Part shown: in pieces, positions 42,602 to 52,200 of the stretch
Layout of the letters: each line of letters opens with the position of its first letter
Position numbering within the stretch: position 1 is the first letter of the stretch
NCBI GenBank assembly: GCA_015065325.1
Contig: SVQO01000008.1
Span: 7,840 to 71,839, forward strand
Direction: 5' to 3'
Length of the DNA stretch: 64,000 nt
DNA from: Oscillospiraceae bacterium
GTDB lineage: Bacteria; Bacillota; Clostridia; Oscillospirales; SIG627
Made by a program: the position numbers and the translations under genes
The notes under the pieces: model-generated
The model's input: only the letters and a program-made list of their open reading frames with translations
What the model was told of the DNA's origin: nothing
The model's database searches: none

Positions 42602-44320
42602 TTATTCTTCGGATTCGTAAGCGGCTTTGCGTGCAAAGATGTTGTGGATCACCGAGGGGTCGAATTTTGGCTTTCGGTCGTAGGTGTAGAGTCCGTTTTG
42701 CTCCTGCTCCACATCGGTCAGCTGGGTATAGCAGAGACCGAACATCAAAGGATTGTCCAGCAGAACGTCGGTCAGACCCTTCAGACGGCTTAAGAATTCT
42801 TCTTCGGTTTTTGGACCGTTGCCGTAGCCCCATCCGCTTTCATCCTCGGTCCAGCGGATTCCGCCGTATTCACTGACGAAAAAGGGCATTGATCCGTCGT
42901 AGGTCAGCTGGCGGTCCATAAAGGCGGTGCGGAAATTAAATTCATTGGTCTTGCCCAAAGGCTCGTAGTGCTCCGCAAAGACTGCGGGATCTTGCATATA
43001 GTCGTGGAGATCGTAAACGTCGGTTACCACGTGGAAGTTGCCGCTGGTGTCGATGCAGGGACGGGTAGGATCGGCGGCTTTCGTTGCCTGATAGACCAGC
43101 GCCAGAAGGGGATCGTATTGCTTACGGAAGTTTTTGTCCCAAGTCTCGTTGAAGGGGCACCAGCCGATGATGGCGGGGTGATTGAAGTCGCGCTCTACCT
43201 CCTCCAGCCACTCGGGAAGAATGCCGTAGATGCTGTCCGAATAGCTGTGATCCAGACCCCAGTTGGGAAATTCTCCCCAGACGATATAGCCCAGTCTGTC
43301 GCAATGGTAGAGGAAGCGTTCCTCAAATACCTTCTCGTGGAGACGGGCGCCGTTGAAGCCCATGGCAACACTGCGCTCAATATCGGCAATGAGCTCCTTA
43401 TCGTCGGGAGCGGTGTAGATGCCGTCGGGGTAGAAGCCCTGATCCAAAATCAGTCTCTGGAAGATCTTTTCGTCGTTGATGAGGAATTTTTCCTTTTCCA
43501 AACGGATATCGCGCATGCCGAAATAGCTCTTGACGCGGTCTTCGCCGAAGGTCAGCTCCAGATCGTACAGACCGCCCTTGCCAACCTGCCACAAATGGCA
43601 TTCCTCCAGCAGGATGTTCAGGGTCACGGTGCCGCCCTTTGCGCAGATCTCGGTGCAGCCCATTTCTTTGCCCTCAAAATATGCGGTGGCGGAAAGCGTG
43701 CCTTCACCCTGCAAGGTGGCGATGACGGTCAGGCTCTGATCCTGCACGGAGGGATAGTATTTTACCTTTTGGATATACGCCTTGGGGACGAATTCCAGCC
43801 ATACGCTTTGCCAGATACCCGTGGTGCGGGTATAGTAGCACTTGAAGGATTCGTATTTAAAGGACTGCTTGCCCGAAGGGATCAGACGGTCTCTGCTGTC
43901 ATCCTCGGCGTAGAGAGCGATCTGGTTTTTCCCAACCTTGGCGTATTCTGTGATATCAAAGGAGAAGGAGACGTAGCCGCCGCGGTGCGTGCCCACCTTC
44001 TTTCCGTTGACGTAAACGGTGGCGTCGTAATCTACTGCGCCGAAATGGAGCAGGATGCGGCCGCTGAATTCCTTTTCGCTTAATTCAAACTCTTTTTTAT
44101 ACCATACGGCACGGATGAAATCCGTATAGCCGATACCGGAAAGACGGCTTTCGGGGCAGAAGGGGACGTTGATCTCGGAGGAAAGCTTTACCTCCGGCTT
44201 GTAAAGACCTCTTGCTTCTCCCGATGCTCCGTGGTCCATCTCAAACTGCCAGATGCCGTTCAAGGTGCGCCAGGTTGCTCTTTCAAATTGGGGCTTGGGG
44301 TGTTCGGTACGGTAGATCAT
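42602..44320 (-). CDS. Glycoside hydrolase family 2 (beta-glucuronidase/beta-galactosidase-like)
   Basis: Sugar-binding N-domain 'WQFEMD..', 'VYVNGKKVGTHRGGYVSFSFDIT', and a TIM barrel with 'FNGARLHEKV' and 'NHPAIIGWCPFNE'. Confidence 0.75.
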   Translation of the reverse strand: MIYRTEHPKPQFERATWRTLNGIWQFEMDHGASGEARGLYKPEVKLSSEINVPFCPESRLSGIGYTDFIRAVWYKKEFELSEKEFSGRILLHFGAVDYDATVYVNGKKVGTHRGGYVSFSFDITEYAKVGKNQIALYAEDDSRDRLIPSGKQSFKYESFKCYYTRTTGIWQSVWLEFVPKAYIQKVKYYPSVQDQSLTVIATLQGEGTLSATAYFEGKEMGCTEICAKGGTVTLNILLEECHLWQVGKGGLYDLELTFGEDRVKSYFGMRDIRLEKEKFLINDEKIFQRLILDQGFYPDGIYTAPDDKELIADIERSVAMGFNGARLHEKVFEERFLYHCDRLGYIVWGEFPNWGLDHSYSDSIYGILPEWLEEVERDFNHPAIIGWCPFNETWDKNFRKQYDPLLALVYQATKAADPTRPCIDTSGNFHVVTDVYDLHDYMQDPAVFAEHYEPLGKTNEFNFRTAFMDRQLTYDGSMPFFVSEYGGIRWTEDESGWGYGNGPKTEEEFLSRLKGLTDVLLDNPLMFGLCYTQLTDVEQEQNGLYTYDRKPKFDPSVIHNIFARKAAYESEE

Positions 44321-44461
44321 AATGCTCTCCTTTCAAAATACGCTTCTCGAACGCGAGAAAAGAAACGAAAACTACTTTTATTTTTATTGCTGAAAAACTT
44401 GATATATATGTATCATAGCAGAAAAAACAAGCCTTGAACAGAGCATTTTCTACCGATTTGA

Positions 44462-44489
44462 TTGACATATCCTACTGTTTTGATATAAT
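44462..44489 (+). promoter_or_regulatory. Sigma-A promoter of AraC-4
   Basis: TTGACA-N16-TGaTATAAT (extended -10), about 27 nt upstream of the ATG. Confidence 0.55.
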
Positions 44490-44515
44490 AAAGAAAAAGG
44501 GAAAGGAGAAACGGT

Positions 44516-45310
44516 ATGTTTCAGATCACGGGCGTTCGACATATGTACCCCGAGCCGGCGGGGTTTTTCATTGATCGCAAAAAGGGGCATCCCCACTACA
44601 CCTTCCTCCATTTTCACAACAGCGTTCGTCTGCGCATCGGAGAGCGGGAGATCGTCACACAGCCCCACGCGGTGATCCTGTTCCCCCCCGACGAGCCGCA
44701 GTTTTTCCAAAGTGAGGAAGTGCTGCTTCACGATTGGTTTCATTTCGTGGGTGATTTTTCCGCCTTGCCCCTGGAGCATATTCGTCCGTGTCGGGTCTAT
44801 TATCCCGCGTCTCACGAGGGGATCACCCGACGGGTAGCGGAGCTGGAGACGGAATTTTTTGCAGGAAAGGCATCCTCCCCGCTTTTGTCCGACTGCAAAC
44901 TCAAGGAGCTTTTTATTATTCTGGATCGGGAAATGCGGCAAAAGGAGCCGATCTCGGTAAATAGCAGTACCGTAGAAAAATTTCGCTATTTGCGCGGGGA
45001 AATGTTTTCCTCTCCGGAGGAGCATCACACCATCGACTCCTTGTCCCGCAAGGTTTGTCTCAGCCCCTCCCGCTTTTTTGCTCTGTATCGGAAGATCTAC
45101 GGAACCTCCCCTCTGGCAGATCTGATCGCCTGCAGAATTCGCAGTGCAAAGAATAAACTGGCGTATTCCGACGACAGCGTGGAGGCCATCGCCGCCTCCC
45201 TTGCCTACGACAATACCACCCACTTTATCCGCCAATTCAAATCTCGGGTGGGAATGACTCCCGGAGAGTACCGCCGCCGCACAAGACCGGAGGAGAAAAA
45301 AGAAAAATAG
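44516..45310 (+). CDS. AraC-family transcriptional regulator (AraC-4)
   Basis: 'LSRKVCLSPSRFFALYRKIYGTSPLADLIACRIRSAKNKL...IAASLAYDNTTHFIRQFKSRVGMTPGEYRR'. Confidence 0.8.
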   Translation: MFQITGVRHMYPEPAGFFIDRKKGHPHYTFLHFHNSVRLRIGEREIVTQPHAVILFPPDEPQFFQSEEVLLHDWFHFVGDFSALPLEHIRPCRVYYPASHEGITRRVAELETEFFAGKASSPLLSDCKLKELFIILDREMRQKEPISVNSSTVEKFRYLRGEMFSSPEEHHTIDSLSRKVCLSPSRFFALYRKIYGTSPLADLIACRIRSAKNKLAYSDDSVEAIAASLAYDNTTHFIRQFKSRVGMTPGEYRRRTRPEEKKEK

Positions 45311-45373
45311 AGAAAAAAGGTGGACAAACCTTGAACATTTTGTTACAATGAGGAAAAAAGAAAGGTGATCTTT

Positions 45374-46492
45374 ATGTTTTGCACAAAATGTGGAGCGGAT
45401 AAAGGAAATTTGTCCTATTGTCCGAATTGCGGTGCCGGAGTAAAAAAAGACGTGCTTTATGCACAATCTGAAACGAATTTTCCTGTATTTGCAGTTGTTT
45501 TTTCCGTAGTGATCTTGATTATAATGGGAATAGACGTTTTTCAAACCATAAAATACTATACCCGTCTGGATGCTTCGTTTGCCGAAATGTTTCTTGTTTA
45601 TTATGCCGAGATTCTTGCCGTCGGGCTGGTGGTTGGGTTGATGGTTCAGTTGATCCTCAAAAAAAGAAAAGGATTATTTGCTCTTTTTTTGTGTTATTCC
45701 CTATTTCTTTTGCTTGGAAGTTTGGGAAAAATCACCGGGAACGTCGGGGCGATCGAGGAGGCTTTCGATCATTCGTATTTTGAAGATTATTATAGTGATT
45801 ACAGCGTTTTGAGTTCTTTGAATACATATATTCAGGGATTCGTAGCTTTGCTTTGCGATTCTTTTGTTTTGCTTTGGATTGGAATTTTGACCTTTTCCCG
45901 ACAAAGGTCAAAGAAGTTTCTCAGAGATGCGCCGTTTCTTGTTGCCGGTGTATATTTCATTGAAAGACTGCTGATCTTTTTGGGCAATCATGGGCTGATT
46001 TGGTTTGCAACGCTAAACCATCCGGGAAGTTATGACTCTTCTTCCTATTTACCGTTTTGGAAAATTGTGGATATTTTGGTATGGGTCGGGTTTTATTTCT
46101 TCTTAACAAGATTCTTTGCAAAGTTTTTTGTTTCCCCGCCTGTATATTATTCTGCTGAAGAAACCGAATACACGCCGTCTTCGGAGTATAATTCTTCTTC
46201 GGATTTTACCTATAATTCTACTGCCTCTTCTGAGACGGAAGCTGTGGAGGAGGAAGAATCGGCGGATGAGTCGATTACCGAGTCCTTTGGCGAAGCTGAA
46301 AAATCGCCTCTGAAGTCGGAAATGGAAAATGAAGCTGAAAAAGCCGAACCGACAGTTCAGGAAAGTGCTAGATCAAGTCAACTGAGCGATAAAGAAATCA
46401 TTGAGGCGTTGAAACAGTACAAGGAGCTTTTGGATCTTGGTGTGATCACACAGGAAGAATTCGACAGGAAAAAGCTCCGTTTATTGGGATAA
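45374..46492 (+). CDS. Membrane protein: N-terminal zinc ribbon + multi-TM core + acidic linker + C-terminal SHOCT domain
   Basis: 'MFCTKCGADKGNLSYCPNCG', at least 5 hydrophobic segments, and the C-terminal 'EIIEALKQYKELLDLGVITQEEFDRKKLRLLG'. Confidence 0.65.
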   Translation: MFCTKCGADKGNLSYCPNCGAGVKKDVLYAQSETNFPVFAVVFSVVILIIMGIDVFQTIKYYTRLDASFAEMFLVYYAEILAVGLVVGLMVQLILKKRKGLFALFLCYSLFLLLGSLGKITGNVGAIEEAFDHSYFEDYYSDYSVLSSLNTYIQGFVALLCDSFVLLWIGILTFSRQRSKKFLRDAPFLVAGVYFIERLLIFLGNHGLIWFATLNHPGSYDSSSYLPFWKIVDILVWVGFYFFLTRFFAKFFVSPPVYYSAEETEYTPSSEYNSSSDFTYNSTASSETEAVEEEESADESITESFGEAEKSPLKSEMENEAEKAEPTVQESARSSQLSDKEIIEALKQYKELLDLGVITQEEFDRKKLRLLG

Positions 46493-46515
46493 TCGGACGA
46501 AACGGAGGGATATTT

Positions 46516-47457
46516 ATGTTTTGCACAAAGTGCGGAAAAGAGAAGGGGACGGAGGCTTTTTGCCCCTATTGCGGAGCAAAGGGAGGGAAGATCGTGCTTT
46601 CCGTAAAAGATCCCGAGCGATTTCCGATTTTTGCAATTATCTTTGCATTTTTGGCGTTTTTTGTTTTGGTAATGGATACGATCTCGGCTTCTACCTTGAT
46701 GTTTTGGTCGGGCGCGATTCAAACAACGATGGAAATCGTAGAATTTTATTCTAATTATATTTTCCTATTTCCTTTTCTCGTGATTGCAATGGACTTGTTC
46801 TCCAAGAGCCGAAGCTGGGTTTTTTCGGGAATCGTATGCTTCTATATCGATTTTTGCCGCACTCTTCTTATGCAGATCAGTATGAACCCGGAGTGGGCTC
46901 TGCTTTTCTTTTTCATATTGCTTTGCTGGACCTTTCTTTTGATATGGTGTGGGATTTTTACCTTTTCAGCTTCAAAAAAAAGGGGCTTTGTCACAGCGGC
47001 ACCTTACATTGCTGCCGGAGTTCAGCTCATTTCTGCACCTCTTTGCGCATGGTTCAATCTGAGGATTCATGAAAGTTTGGATGTATTAGGCTTTGGCGGC
47101 ATTATTCCGGAATTTTTCGGCAGTACTGCGTGGATGATCTTGACCGTGGTGATCTGGGGCGGATTTGCCTTCTTTATTACCAAGTTCTTTGCAGATTTTT
47201 ATTCGGTGGAGACTGCAATTGTAGCCCCCTCTGTACCTGCTCCCAAGATAGAGCTTGACCCCGAGGAGGAGACTTTCCAAGAGGAACAAACCGAAAAAAC
47301 GGAGCAAAACGGTTTTGCTTTCGTTCCGAACGAAGAAAAGAGAGAAAGGAGCGAGAAAGAGATTGTGGAGACTCTGCTTGAATACAAGGCTCTTTTGGAC
47401 AGCGGCATCATTACACAAGAGGAATTTGACCGAAAAAAGGCTCAGCTTTTGAAATAA
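46516..47457 (+). CDS. Paralogous zinc-ribbon / multi-TM / SHOCT membrane protein
   Basis: 'MFCTKCGKEKGTEAFCPYCG' ... 'EIVETLLEYKALLDSGIITQEEFDRKKAQLLK'. Confidence 0.65.
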   Translation: MFCTKCGKEKGTEAFCPYCGAKGGKIVLSVKDPERFPIFAIIFAFLAFFVLVMDTISASTLMFWSGAIQTTMEIVEFYSNYIFLFPFLVIAMDLFSKSRSWVFSGIVCFYIDFCRTLLMQISMNPEWALLFFFILLCWTFLLIWCGIFTFSASKKRGFVTAAPYIAAGVQLISAPLCAWFNLRIHESLDVLGFGGIIPEFFGSTAWMILTVVIWGGFAFFITKFFADFYSVETAIVAPSVPAPKIELDPEEETFQEEQTEKTEQNGFAFVPNEEKRERSEKEIVETLLEYKALLDSGIITQEEFDRKKAQLLK

Positions 47458-47461
47458 GAAC

Positions 47462-47493
47462 AAAAGACTGCTGCAATTTGCAGCAGTCTTTTT
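47462..47493. terminator. Bidirectional intrinsic terminator
   Basis: AAAGACTGCTGCA-ATT-TGCAGCAGTCTTT flanked by an A-run and a T-run. Confidence 0.75.
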
Positions 47494-47553
47494 GTATGGA
47501 TTCAAATCTTTTTCGGGAAGCTTTCTTTGCCCACCTTTCTCGAAAGAAACCGA

Positions 47554-48417
47554 TTATTTATCCTCCAGAAAGAGGGTTTGACCGGGGGCAATGGCGTAAT
47601 CTGTGCCGTCGATGGCAAAATACAGGGTGTGAAGGGTGGGATTCATGATGCGTCTGCTGTCGGCACTGTAGATCAGGGATTCGTAAGCCTTTACGTATTC
47701 GTACAACTCAATATTCGTACAGTACCAGATATCCTCCTTGCCACCCAGGGCGACACAGATCTTGTCCAGAAGATCCCAGTTATCCTCGCGGTCGAATTCA
47801 AAGCTGTGTCCCCACAGATAAAAGAGACGGGGGAAGCGGTTTGCTTTGTAGCGGGAGTTTACATCCAGAGAGACGAATTCTTCGATCCAGTCCATCAGCT
47901 TCGGGTTGGTGTGATGGGCGGTGGGGATCCAGTTGTGCCAATCGCGGGGTAAGCGAAAGTCGTTGTTGTCTCCGCCCAGAGAACGGGAATAGACGATTCC
48001 GAGATCGGAAAGATAGTCCTTGATATCCTCGTAGGAGGAGGTGTTGGTCAGTTTGGTGATACCGCTGTCGGGATAAGCCATTCCGCGGATGATCCTGCCG
48101 TATTCCGCCTCCAGCTCCAGTCTGCAATCCAGTACCTCGCGAATGCCTTCGATGGGGCGCAGATGCCCCTCGGCGCGGTGTCCCCATCCGTGGACGGCAA
48201 CCTCGTGTCCGCGGGAGAAGATATATTCCTCGCAGGTCTCGGGGGAAAAGGATTTTTCGCCGCGGTAGGAAACGCCGTTTAAGTTAAAGGTGCACTTGAT
48301 ACCGTATTTGGTAATGACGTCGGAGAGGCGGAGGTCGGAGGGGTGACCGTCGTCGTAGCTGAAGGTGACTGCTTTTGGCTTTCCTTGGGGAAAGCGTAAA
48401 AACTGGTAGCGGATCAT
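47554..48417 (-). CDS. Polysaccharide deacetylase (CE4/NodB) family protein
   Basis: 'AVTFSYDDGHPSD' and 'HEVAVHGWGH'. Its ATG overlaps the PHP gene stop (ATGA at 48414-48417). Confidence 0.75.
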   Translation of the reverse strand: MIRYQFLRFPQGKPKAVTFSYDDGHPSDLRLSDVITKYGIKCTFNLNGVSYRGEKSFSPETCEEYIFSRGHEVAVHGWGHRAEGHLRPIEGIREVLDCRLELEAEYGRIIRGMAYPDSGITKLTNTSSYEDIKDYLSDLGIVYSRSLGGDNNDFRLPRDWHNWIPTAHHTNPKLMDWIEEFVSLDVNSRYKANRFPRLFYLWGHSFEFDREDNWDLLDKICVALGGKEDIWYCTNIELYEYVKAYESLIYSADSRRIMNPTLHTLYFAIDGTDYAIAPGQTLFLEDK

Positions 48418-49220
48418 AATGCCTCCTGTAAGGTGAATTTTTGTTCTTCGGTCAGTGCCAGTGCGTCGATGGCTTTTTCCCAGTGTTCTTTTTGGCGAAG
48501 GTAATCGGTGGGAGCGTGAATATCGGAGCCCAGATAAAAGCGGCATCCCTCGCGCTTTGCAATGCGGAACAGACGTAAAACTACGTCCTCCTCCTCGGGG
48601 AGGTAGTTCATATCGGAAGAATTCAGCTCGATTCCCATTCCTGCCTTTGCCGCCTTGGAAAAGAGGACAGAGAGAGCCGCTTCGGGCAGGGCGGATAAGG
48701 TATCCAGGTAACCCTCTCGGCTTTCCTTGTGAATGAGCGGGCAGGCGGGATGGGCGAGACCTACCTTGTAAAAGGGAAGCTTCAGGGACAGCAGACGGTC
48801 CAGACGGCGGATATAGGCATCCACCCGTTTTTCCACCGTGTCCTTTTCCTCTGCGGCAAGATTTGCCGACATATGAAAATGGGTGGTGGGAACGATAATA
48901 AAGTCAAAGCAATGGATTTTTTCCTCGGATAGACCGAGAGTGAGATCTCCGTTCAGCTCCGTTTCACAGCCAAAGAGAAAGGAAACTCCCTCTGCAGTGG
49001 GCAGAGGGAGGTCACCGCAAATATGGGGATAATTCTGCTCACTGTACCAGGCACTTGCACCCGGGACAGCTTCGTCCCAAAAGTGATTGGTCATACAGAG
49101 GGTAGTAAGCCCCGCTTGCCTTGCCCCGTCCAGAATCCGCTCGGGAGTCTGGTCGGGGTTTTTGGCACATTTTGACAGGAAGGAGTGAATATGAAGATCG
49201 TGATCGATCTGATACTTCAC
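48414..49220 (-). CDS. PHP-domain phosphoesterase (histidinol-phosphatase-like)
   Basis: 'DLHIHS', '..TNHFW' and 'VPTTHFHM'. The GTG start lies 7 nt after AAGGAG, which overlaps the TAA of the upstream giant gene. Confidence 0.65.
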   Translation of the reverse strand: MKYQIDHDLHIHSFLSKCAKNPDQTPERILDGARQAGLTTLCMTNHFWDEAVPGASAWYSEQNYPHICGDLPLPTAEGVSFLFGCETELNGDLTLGLSEEKIHCFDFIIVPTTHFHMSANLAAEEKDTVEKRVDAYIRRLDRLLSLKLPFYKVGLAHPACPLIHKESREGYLDTLSALPEAALSVLFSKAAKAGMGIELNSSDMNYLPEEEDVVLRLFRIAKREGCRFYLGSDIHAPTDYLRQKEHWEKAIDALALTEEQKFTLQEAL

Positions 49221-49231
49221 GTTTTTTCTCC

Positions 49232-52200
49232 TTAGTTTGATTCTTTCATTGCGCGCAGAGCAGCCGTAAGTGCTGCGGCAACGCCGTCGCCGGTTCCGTC
49301 TTCATAGCGGCAGGTGTAAACCTCGTATCCGCCGTAGTGCTCCTTTGCCGCCTCGTTTTCGATGGAGGAAAGGTTGGAGGGAACGTAGCTCTTGGTACCG
49401 TTGGTATAACCGCCGCTGAAGGTCATCTTGTACAGATCGGCTACACCGTCGCGCATCTGTTTGCCGTTGGTATCGAACTGCTCGTAGGGAACGAATCCCA
49501 TGGCAATATCACCGAAGGAGAATGCGAAGACGTCGATGATCAGGTGGGTGGTTCCGGCAGTCTTGTAGTTGTTACGGGTGATGATGCTGGACATATGGTA
49601 GGTAGACTGCAGGAAGGGAGCCTCGGTTGCGTGGTTGTTGAAAATGTAGTTTCTTTGCTGAGTGACGCTGGTCCAGGCACCGTTTTCCGCTGCGTATGCC
49701 TTGCAGGCTTCGTTGACTGCCAAAGCTTTTTCGCGGATATCGTCGGGATCTACCTTTACGGGTGCGTTGTACTCGATATGATTTACTTGGAATGCACCGG
49801 TTTTGACCTTTTCTTCAGCGGCAACAGCTTCTTTTACGGTTCCTACCAGGCTCTTGCCGACGCCTTCAAAGTACTGATTGGTGAAGTACTTTGCGGCGAT
49901 GTCTTCCGCCGTCTTAGGTGTGAAGTTTAGGTTACCGGAGGAACCGTTGCAGTAAACGAAGTGAACGTCCATGTCCTCCTGAACACCCTTGCGGAGCCAA
50001 TAAACGAAGTCTCCGGTGAACTGAGTCTTATAGAGGTTTGCACCGTGTGCGGCGTGTCCCTGCCAGTTCACGAAAACGATGTCCTTCTTATCTCCGCGCT
50101 CAAAGCGAATGGTACGAAGCTCCTTGTCTGCCTCGGATTCGTATCCGACGACGGGGGAAGAGGTATCAGTCTCGTAAACGTGGATACCGGTGTAGCTTCC
50201 GTCCTCACGCACGTAACGGCGGACGAAGTTGGTACCGGGGGCAGAGGTTGCTTTGCCCACGTACGTCTCTGCGGGAGCCAGGTCCAGAATTGCTTGCTTG
50301 GTAGAGGAGATCAAGCTGGGCTCGAAGATCTCGGCGTACCATCTGGGAACGTTTTCTTTTGTTCTGGAGGTGGCGTCGGGACTGGAATGGTTATGGGTCG
50401 CGTTGAAGAAGATCTTGTCGGGATCGACGCCGAAGGTTTCGGAGATCAACGCCTTGTAGGTCTTGGTAAAGGTATCGTCGCACTGACGAACGTCAACGGA
50501 ATAGTAAAGGGCAAGCTCACCGCCGTCCCACAGGGCAAGACAGGTGACGTAGCAGGGATCAATGTAGAATTGTCCTACCGCGTAGCTGTACATATGCATT
50601 TTGAAGCCGTAGGAGGAGATATCTGCCATGGCATATCCTGCGGAGAAGGTTTCGGGATACGTAAAGTCATCCGGAAGCTTTTGATCGGAATAGTACGCTA
50701 CGCTTGCCTGAACGTAGTACTGGAGGGTCGCACCCACGTCCTCGAAGCCTTCTACTGCGGAAAATTCTTCCGCCAGAGCGTCCAACTGATCGATGTGATC
50801 AATAACGAAGGTAGTGGAGTTGTTCAGGGTTGCCTGTTCGGTGACGTAGAATCGGACGTAATTGCCGATGGTAGAGGGGTACAGAGGGATATCCACAGTG
50901 ACCCGATAGTAACCTGCGGGGAAGATCAGGCTCTCATAGCCGTCGGAGACCCAAGTCTTGGTAATGGTTGAAGTAATGTCCTCGCAGCCGTACCAGAAAT
51001 GCAGGTTGTGTACTTTGGCACTGCTCTGGTTCATTTGCTTCATTCTCTGACCCTTCAGAGTGTAGCGAATGCGCATACCGTCATCCAAAATCAGCTGCTT
51101 GCTCTCCAGGATCAGGTGAGCAGTTTCAGTCAGAGTCATATAGCCTCTGCCGCGGTTTTCGGTAACGTTCATCCCCTCCTGCAGGGTTGCAAAATCGGTG
51201 GGAGTGACGGGGTTTTCATAGGGGAGCGCGGTGGATTTGCTGTTTTTATAGTTATCGGTTGCGATGGCGTAGTTGGAAAACGCTTTGAGTAGTGCACCGA
51301 GCTCCGGATTCTGTCCCGCCTTATCGTAGATCTTGATGCCGTTGGCGGCTACCTCCAGGAGCGTGAAGGACTGCTCGGGAAGATAGTTGCCGGAATAGGT
51401 GATCGCTTTGTTGTAGTTGACGGTATTGATGGGTTCGGAAACCAAGGTGTAGTAGCCGTCCGCCAGAGTCAAGTCTGCAAATTTGGCGGCGTTGACGATG
51501 GTCTCGGTTCCTGCTTTCGCGGTGAAGCTGAATGTGCTCTGAATGCTCTCGACCCACTCCTTATCAAAAGCAAAGCGGATGGAAACGTTGTCGGAGAAGA
51601 CGAAGGCGACGCCTGCCAGCGCAGAGGAAAGGCCCTTGACAACACCGTTTTTCACCTGGACGCGGCCAAAGACGGTATCCGTCTCGGTGATGACGATGGC
51701 GGTGCCTGCGGGGGAGGCAAAGTAGGTGTTTGCGGACCAAAGCTCGGTCTGATGAAGAGCTACGGTGCCTATGACCTCGCTTGCGGTAATTCTCGTTCTG
51801 GCGCCGATGTTAATGACTTCGCCCCTCGAATCCAGCTTGCCGATGTTTGCCGCACCGAAGATCTTGGGAGCGCCTGCGCCCTCCTCCACGGTAAAGCTTT
51901 CGGCGGTGAATTTCCCGTTGATGGTAAGCGCCTTGCTTCCGCGGGCAACGATATTTTTTGCGGTAAAGTCGGTGGTCAGTGTCAGATCAAATTTGTCGGA
52001 GGAGGCGCTGATGTCGTTGTATTCCGAACCTATGGAAATAGCAAGAGGCTCAAGACCCTTTTCGGTATCGATATTGAGAAGGGTTTCGCCGTTGTAGGAG
52101 CCCAGACGGCAGTTGGGGTCAACGGTGTTCAGGAAAGTACCGCCTGCAAGGGTCAGAACGGTGTTACCCACGTGCTCTTTTGCTTGGGATTCATCATTGG

